Source: Candidatus Versatilivorator sp. (GTDB lineage Bacteria > Acidobacteriota > Terriglobia > Versatilivoradales > Versatilivoraceae). Taken from it: 64,000 bases of DNA. A program made the translations under genes and the position numbers. The stretch lies in the NCBI GenBank assembly GCA_965207735.1, contig OZ242296.1, forward strand, positions 4,736,001 through 4,800,000. Direction: 5' to 3'. This document shows, in pieces, positions 57,947 to 64,000 of the stretch (positions are counted from its first letter, which is position 1; each line of letters opens with the position of its first letter). The notes under the pieces were generated by a model, which had not been told where the DNA came from, ran no database searches, and saw nothing but the letters and a program-made list of their open reading frames with translations.

Positions 57947-58198
57947 CAATATCGCAGAAGCACCCGGGCGCCGCTCGTCATTGACCGAGCTCCATCCCTA
58001 TTCGTCCCCATTCGTGTTCATTGGTGATTCGTCTTCATTGCCAAAACCAAAACGGCTGGTTGTTTATCCTGTTAATCTTGTGCATCCATGTTCAATCAGT
58101 AGAAAACCGGTTTTGCACGACAGGACCCTTGTTCCCGACAGGCCATGAAGATGCGTTGTTTTACTCTCGTATGATTCGCACGGCAGGGCGGGGGGCCG
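57947..58198 (-). repeat. Dispersed repeat, family C, with about 70 bp internal insertion
   Basis: Reverse complement of 10258-10433, interrupted near 57984-58052 by attcgt-rich repeats. Confidence 0.85.
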
Positions 58199-58435
58199 GC
58201 TAACCGGGGACGACCGAACAGACAAGCCCGGGGCTGCCCGGGGCCGCTTGCCTGGCCGGATGGCTTGTGCTAGCTTTACTCGTTTTTGGCGACGGCGGCG
58301 TTTGCAACAGTCAGGCCGCCGCTAATGCCGGGTTTCTCCCCGGGGGTGCGGTTTCCCTTTTATACGACGGGTTCCCGCCCAAATCACCCCATTTGGTTGA
58401 AGCGCCCCCATTCGAGCCTGCCCAAGGAAACGCCC

Positions 58436-59695
58436 ATGATCAAGGCCATCAAGGGGACTCGGGACATACTGCCGCAGGAATCGGTGGTATGGAATCGGGT
58501 GGAGGAGACCGCCCGGGAGATCCTCTCCGTCTATGGGTTTTCCGAGATCCGCACCCCGGTCTTCGAGAGCACCGAGCTGTTTGCGCGGGGGGTGGGAGCA
58601 GACACCGATATTGTTGCCAAGGAGATGTACACTTTCGACGATCGTGACAGCCGCTCGCTCACGCTTCGTCCGGAGGGGACGGCGTCAGTGGTTCGGGCCT
58701 ATCTGGAGCACCAGTTCCATCGGGACCCGCAGATCTGGAAGGTCTATTACCTGGGGCCCATGTTCCGCCGGGAACGACCTCAGAAGGGGCGCTTCCGGCA
58801 GTTTCACCAGTTGGGCGCCGAGGTGCTGGGCTCGGATCATCCAGCCATCGAAGCGGAAGTGATCGAGCTGCTGCAACTGTTCCTGGATCGGATCGGCGTG
58901 GGCGAGACCGAACTGCTGGTGAACTCCATTGGCTGCGGCCGCTGCCGCCCCGGATTTCTGCAGAAACTGCAAGTTGCGCTGAGTGAAATAGAGGACCGGC
59001 TCTGCCAGGACTGCCGCCGGCGCTGCCGGTCCAATCCACTTCGGGTGCTGGACTGCAAGCGCGAGGCCTGCCAGCCTGTAATCGAGAAGCTTCCCTCGAT
59101 CCTGGAGTTTCTGGATGAGCCCTGCCGCCGGCACTTCGATCGCTTCCTGGGTTATCTCGAGCGCCGCGATATCGGGTTCAGGATTGTGCCGCGCCTGGTG
59201 CGGGGGCTGGACTACTACACCCGCACCACCTTTGAGATCACCAGTCGCGGGCTGGGCGCCCAGAATGCCCTGGTGGGCGGGGGGCGCTATGACGGGTTGG
59301 CCGAGGTTCTGGGGGGGCAGCCTACCCACGGTTTCGGCTTTGCTTTGGGTCTGGAGCGTGTCATTCTCCTGAGCCGGCATGGGGATAGCCCTTCGTCAGC
59401 GGGGCAGCCCCAGCTCTTTATCGCCCCGTTGGGCGAGCCGGCATTGGACAGGGCGTCGCTTATGGCTCGGGAGTTTCGACGCCAGGGCATTCACTGCTTT
59501 ATGGACTTCGCCCCCCGCAGCCTCAAGAGCTCCCTGCGCCTGGCCAACAAGCTCCAGGCCGGCCATGTCCTGATCGTGGGGGAGAACGAGTTGAAGACCG
59601 GGGAATTCCCGCTCAAGCGCATGAGGGACGGGCGGCAGATCCTGGTCAGTGAAGCGGAAGTGGTTTCCAGGCTTGGGAACGGCTGGGAAGACTAG
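58436..59695 (+). CDS. hisS: Histidine--tRNA ligase
   Basis: KGTRDILP, KEMYTF, LRPEGTA, MFRRERPQKGRFRQF, LVRGLDYY, GGGRYDG. Confidence 0.97.
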   Translation: MIKAIKGTRDILPQESVVWNRVEETAREILSVYGFSEIRTPVFESTELFARGVGADTDIVAKEMYTFDDRDSRSLTLRPEGTASVVRAYLEHQFHRDPQIWKVYYLGPMFRRERPQKGRFRQFHQLGAEVLGSDHPAIEAEVIELLQLFLDRIGVGETELLVNSIGCGRCRPGFLQKLQVALSEIEDRLCQDCRRRCRSNPLRVLDCKREACQPVIEKLPSILEFLDEPCRRHFDRFLGYLERRDIGFRIVPRLVRGLDYYTRTTFEITSRGLGAQNALVGGGRYDGLAEVLGGQPTHGFGFALGLERVILLSRHGDSPSSAGQPQLFIAPLGEPALDRASLMAREFRRQGIHCFMDFAPRSLKSSLRLANKLQAGHVLIVGENELKTGEFPLKRMRDGRQILVSEAEVVSRLGNGWED

Positions 59696-59710
59696 GGGAG
59701 GAGAACGGCT

Positions 59711-61501
59711 TTGGCATTGGACTCGTTGGAGAGAGTGGAACGCACCCATCACTGTGGACAGCTGCGCCCGAGCGACGGCGGTCAGGAAGTGGTGCTGATG
59801 GGGTGGGTGGCCAGGCGCCGCGACCTGGGACATCTCATTTTTATCGATCTGCGGGACCGGGAAGGGTTGACCCAGGTGCTCTTCAATCCCGACCAGTCCC
59901 CGGAAACTCACGAGAAGGCCAAGGGTTTGCGCTCGGAATACGTGATCATGGTCCGAGGCAGGGTACTGCAGCGAGATCCGGAAACGGTGAATCCGGCCAT
60001 CGGCACCGGCGAGATTGAAGTCCTGGCCTCTTCGCTGCTTCTCTTGAACGAGTCCAAGACACCCCCGTTTCCCATTGAAGACGATATTGCCACCTCCGAG
60101 GACCTGCGGCTCAAGTATCGCTACCTGGACCTGCGACGCCCCCGCCTCAGCCACAATTTCAAATTGCGGCATCAGGCCACCATGGCCGTCCGCCGCTTCC
60201 TGGACGGCCATGGTTTCTATGAGATCGAAACTCCTTTTTTGACCAAGTCGACGCCGGAAGGGGCTCGCGACTACCTGGTTCCCTCCAGGCTCCATGCCGG
60301 GGGCTTTTACGCCCTGCCTCAATCGCCCCAACTCTTCAAGCAGCTGCTGATGGTTGGAGGTATGGACAAGTACTTCCAGATCGTGCGCTGTTTCAGGGAC
60401 GAAGACCTGCGAGCCGACCGGCAACCGGAGTTCACCCAGATCGATATCGAGATGTCGTTCGCCCATCCGGAGACCGTTTTCCGGGTGGTGGAACCGATGA
60501 TGGCGGAGATTTTCAAGTTGACGGGTCATCGCATCCAAACGCCCTTCCCCCGTATTCCCTATGAGGAGGCCATCGCACGCTACGGCACCGACAAGCCCGA
60601 CACCCGCTTCGGGCTGGAGTTGGTCGATTTCAGCCAGTGCCTGGGCCAGACGGAGTTTCCGCCCTTTCGGAACGCCCTCGAGGATGGCGGTCAGGTCAAG
60701 GGAATCCGGGTTCCAGGGTGCTCCGGATACTCCCGGAAGCAGTTGGACGACCTTACGGCCGTGGCTCGAGTCTTCGGCGCTCACACGCTGGCCTATCTCA
60801 AGGTTCTGGACGCCGGCGTCCAGTCTCCCCTCCTGAAGCACCTGGGAGAGTCGGGTTGCCGCGGCCTGGCACAGCAGTCCGGGGCGGAGTCCGGGGATCT
60901 GATTCTGCTGGTTTCGGGCAGCCGGAAGGTGGTCGCGGACTCCCTCAGCGCCGTCCGCCTCCAATTGGCCAGGCAGGAGAGCCTCATCGACCTGAAAGCC
61001 AACCACTTCCTCTGGGTGACCCAATTCCCCATGTTCGAGTACGACGAGACCGAGAAGCGGCACGTCGCTTGCCACCACCCCTTCACCTCTCCCATGGAGG
61101 AAGATATCCCCAGGCTGGAATCCGACCCTGGGTCGGTACGGGCCAGAGCCTATGATCTGGTGCTCAATGGGGTGGAAATAGGAGGAGGCTCGATTCGTAT
61201 TCATCGCCAGAACCTCCAAGCCAAGGTATTTCGAGCCCTGGCCCTGGACGAAGAGGAGGCGCGGCTGCGTTTTGGATTCTTCCTGGAGGCATTGGAATAC
61301 GGTGTGCCGCCTCATGGGGGGATTGCCCTTGGGCTGGACCGAATCGTGATGTTGCTGACGGGTGACAGTTCCATTCGGGATGTCATTGCTTTTCCCAAAA
61401 CGGCCCGAGCGGTCGACCTGATGGCCGATTGTCCGACTCTGGTGGATCGGAAGCAGTTGGACGAGTTGGGGATTCGCCTGGCGGACAAGAGCTTGAATTG
61501 A
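59711..61501 (+). CDS. aspS: Aspartate--tRNA ligase
   Basis: [44 protein letters not shown]. Confidence 0.97.
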   Translation: MALDSLERVERTHHCGQLRPSDGGQEVVLMGWVARRRDLGHLIFIDLRDREGLTQVLFNPDQSPETHEKAKGLRSEYVIMVRGRVLQRDPETVNPAIGTGEIEVLASSLLLLNESKTPPFPIEDDIATSEDLRLKYRYLDLRRPRLSHNFKLRHQATMAVRRFLDGHGFYEIETPFLTKSTPEGARDYLVPSRLHAGGFYALPQSPQLFKQLLMVGGMDKYFQIVRCFRDEDLRADRQPEFTQIDIEMSFAHPETVFRVVEPMMAEIFKLTGHRIQTPFPRIPYEEAIARYGTDKPDTRFGLELVDFSQCLGQTEFPPFRNALEDGGQVKGIRVPGCSGYSRKQLDDLTAVARVFGAHTLAYLKVLDAGVQSPLLKHLGESGCRGLAQQSGAESGDLILLVSGSRKVVADSLSAVRLQLARQESLIDLKANHFLWVTQFPMFEYDETEKRHVACHHPFTSPMEEDIPRLESDPGSVRARAYDLVLNGVEIGGGSIRIHRQNLQAKVFRALALDEEEARLRFGFFLEALEYGVPPHGGIALGLDRIVMLLTGDSSIRDVIAFPKTARAVDLMADCPTLVDRKQLDELGIRLADKSLN

Positions 61502-61505
61502 CGTC

Positions 61506-63437
61506 ATGTCGAGAATACGTCTTCTACCGGAGGCGCTGGCCAACCAGATTGCTGCAGGAGAGGTGGTCGAACGACCGGCTTCGGTGGTCAAGGAGCTGTT
61601 GGAGAACTCCCTGGATGCCGGGGCGCGTAACCTGGAAATCACCGTTCAGGCGGGCGGAAAGCGTCTGATCCGGGTGCTGGACGACGGGGAGGGTATGACT
61701 CCCGACGATGCCTTGTTGGCCTTTGAGCGTCACGCCACCAGCAAGATCCGTAAGACCGAAGATCTCAGCTGCATCCACACCCTGGGTTTCCGGGGTGAGG
61801 CGCTCCCCAGTATCGCCGGAGTCTCCCGGCTCTTGATGGAGACCCAGGCGAAGGGAGAGAGGGTGGGAACGGCCGTGGAGATCGCCGGGTCCCGGATGGC
61901 GGGGGTGCGAGAGATTGCCCGAGCCGTCGGGACCACCCTGACGGTGCGGGATCTGTTCTTCAACGTGCCGGCCCGAAAGAAATTCCTGAGGGCGGACCGC
62001 ACCGAGCTGGGCCACGTCGTCAACGTCGTGACGCAGTACGCCCTGGCTCATCCGGAAGGCCGCTTTGCCCTGGCCGGCTGGGGGTCCGGGATGTTCGACT
62101 TCCAGGCCGTGGAATCATTGCGCGAGCGGCTGTTCCAGGTATTCGGAGCGGAGCTGCTCCGGCAACTGGTGGAACTGGAGGAGGAGCTGCCGTTCGTGCC
62201 CGGTTCGCCATCTCCCCAGGGTCCGCGACCGGGAGAAAAAATCCGTCTTCACGCCTTCGTTTCCAAGCCGGAAGTGCAGAAGCCCAATCGCCAATCCCTC
62301 TACTTTTTTGTGAACCGCCGAATGGTGCGGGACCGGATTCTCATGCACGCCCTCGGTGAAGCCTACCAACGCATTCTTCCGGACGGAAGCTTTCCGGTAG
62401 CGTTGGTCTTTATCGAGATGCCCTATGGGGAAGTGGATGTCAACGTCCACCCCTCCAAGACCGAGGTCCGTTTTCGCCGGCAGTCGCTGATTCACGACTG
62501 CCTCCGCGAGGCGGTTCGCAAGGCGTTGATGGAAGCCCGGCCTGAAGCCGCGTTTTCGATTCAGCCCAGGGGAATGGAGGTAGAATCGCCCATTGCCTCC
62601 GGCGCCCGCCCGGCGAGCGCGCCGGGCCTGCGGCCGCCGACCCGCAAGGGGTCCCTGCCGCTGCAGGTGGGGGAGCCGGCCCCTGCCGGACCGGAGCTCC
62701 TGCCGGGCCTTGAAAACTCTTCCGGGCCCGTAGCGGCCGAAGCCCTCTCCTCTTCCGACACCGGCCGAGATTCCCCGCCCCCCACCTGCGCCGCCGCGGA
62801 GCTGATCTCCAGGGAGCAGGCCGAGGCCATCCGAACCGCCGCCTCGGGTACGCTTTCTCCCGCCCATATCCACCTGCTGGGCCAGATCGACGACAGCTTC
62901 ATCGTCGCCAGCGATCGTGGATCCCTGCTCATCATCGACCAGCACGTGGCCCACGAGCGGGTGCTCTTCGAGAAGGTCCTCGGGCAGCGGCGGGGCGGCA
63001 GGGTGGAGAGTCAGCGATTGCTGTTGCCGCTGATTGTGGAACTGAACCCCCGCCAGCAGATCCTGCTGGACGATTTGACTCCCGAACTGAATTCCTGCGG
63101 TTTCGAGGTGGAGCCCTTCGGCCGTCGAACGCTGGCCGTCAAGGCTCTTCCCGCCGACCTCGGTCCTTCGGACTCCAGCAGGCTGCTGGGCGAACTGCTG
63201 GAGGGTCTGGAAAAAGAGGCCAGGGAAGTGAGCCTGGAGCGGTTGCAGGAGAAGGTTGCCGCCTCGGTGGCCTGTCATGCGGCCATCAAGGTAAATACCC
63301 ACCTGGAACGGTCCAAAATGGTCTGGCTGATCGACGAGCTGCTCAAGACCCGCTACCCCATGACCTGCCCCCACGGCCGTCCCATCATTCTGCGCTACGA
63401 AAAAAACGAGATTCTGAAAGCCTTCAAGCGCATCTGA
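61506..63437 (+). CDS. mutL: DNA mismatch repair protein MutL (endonuclease-motif type)
   Basis: IAAGEVVERP, GFRGEAL, DQHVAHER, ACHAAIK, CPHGRP. Confidence 0.97.
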   Translation: MSRIRLLPEALANQIAAGEVVERPASVVKELLENSLDAGARNLEITVQAGGKRLIRVLDDGEGMTPDDALLAFERHATSKIRKTEDLSCIHTLGFRGEALPSIAGVSRLLMETQAKGERVGTAVEIAGSRMAGVREIARAVGTTLTVRDLFFNVPARKKFLRADRTELGHVVNVVTQYALAHPEGRFALAGWGSGMFDFQAVESLRERLFQVFGAELLRQLVELEEELPFVPGSPSPQGPRPGEKIRLHAFVSKPEVQKPNRQSLYFFVNRRMVRDRILMHALGEAYQRILPDGSFPVALVFIEMPYGEVDVNVHPSKTEVRFRRQSLIHDCLREAVRKALMEARPEAAFSIQPRGMEVESPIASGARPASAPGLRPPTRKGSLPLQVGEPAPAGPELLPGLENSSGPVAAEALSSSDTGRDSPPPTCAAAELISREQAEAIRTAASGTLSPAHIHLLGQIDDSFIVASDRGSLLIIDQHVAHERVLFEKVLGQRRGGRVESQRLLLPLIVELNPRQQILLDDLTPELNSCGFEVEPFGRRTLAVKALPADLGPSDSSRLLGELLEGLEKEAREVSLERLQEKVAASVACHAAIKVNTHLERSKMVWLIDELLKTRYPMTCPHGRPIILRYEKNEILKAFKRI

Positions 63438-63446
63438 TTCGGAACC

Positions 63447-64000
63447 TCAACGGACGCTCCCAAAAAACTCTCTGAGGTTTTCGAGGACCAGGTCGCTCTT
63501 GCCGGTCACGCGCCGGCAGTCGGGAAGCGAATCCAGGAAGGTCCGGCCATAGGACTTTTCCAGCACACGCCGGTCCAGAATCAGGATGCATCCGCGGTCC
63601 TTGCGGTCGCGGATCAGCCGTCCGAATCCCTGACGGAAACGAATCACCGCTTGGGGAACGATGTACTCGAGAAAGGGATTGCCGTTCCGGTTCCGGATGT
63701 CCTCGACCCGGGCAGCCACCACCGGGTCTCGTGGAACACTGAAGGGAAGCTTGGTCAGAACCAGGTTCTCCAAAGCCTCTCCGGCTACGTCCACGCCTTC
63801 CCAGAAGCTGGCGGTGGCGAACAGGACACTGGTCTTGTCGCTCTTGAAATGGTGGGTGAGCCGGTGCCTGGGAGCGCCTCCCTGTTTCAAGGCGGCAATG
63901 CCCAGTGCGCTCAGGGGCTGGACCAGGCATTGGTAGGTGCGTTTCAGCAGGTCGTAGGAGGTGAAGAGCACCAGGGCCTTGCCTTGGGAGGATTCCAGCG
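63447..64000 (-). CDS. DinG/YoaA-family helicase, C-terminal part (5' end outside window)
   Basis: LFTSY, SFWEGVDV, KLPF, QGFGRLIR, ILDRR. Confidence 0.92.
   Translation of the reverse strand, partial: LESSQGKALVLFTSYDLLKRTYQCLVQPLSALGIAALKQGGAPRHRLTHHFKSDKTSVLFATASFWEGVDVAGEALENLVLTKLPFSVPRDPVVAARVEDIRNRNGNPFLEYIVPQAVIRFRQGFGRLIRDRKDRGCILILDRRVLEKSYGRTFLDSLPDCRRVTGKSDLVLENLREFFGSVR

Noticed and set aside
58260-58435. T-box or attenuator leader before hisS
   Set aside because: No T-box consensus, His-rich leader peptide or terminator seen

Overview
GC-rich bacterial chromosomal window; an Acidobacteriota-like, possibly host-associated organism is inferred, not shown. Housekeeping blocks are miaA-hfq-hflX, yceD-rpmF-fabD-fabG-acpP-fabF, uvrB, hisS-aspS-mutL and a partial DinG-like helicase. 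Accessory metabolic and transport genes include three consecutive PLP aminotransferases plus an SDR, a nitrilase-family hydrolase, an aldo/keto reductase, a Gfo/Idh/MocA-lactonase fusion, an opine dehydrogenase, NudC, a Tat-exported BNR sialidase-like protein, an RND system with two permeases, two SSS symporters, an FAH-family hydrolase, an amidase, CreD and a B12 radical SAM enzyme. A complete IS1634-family element sits inside the 3' end of hflX, and the lost native C-terminus is still readable on the other side. The SDR has a single in-frame TGA in an otherwise intact frame. The most unusual structure is non-coding: at least five families of dispersed palindromic/REP/MITE-like modules recombined into mosaics in about nine intergenic regions, including a 188-189 bp tandem array, a 62 bp tandem array and an IS481-end-like motif. 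No rRNA, tRNA or CRISPR array was seen. All calls are by eye, without database searches.
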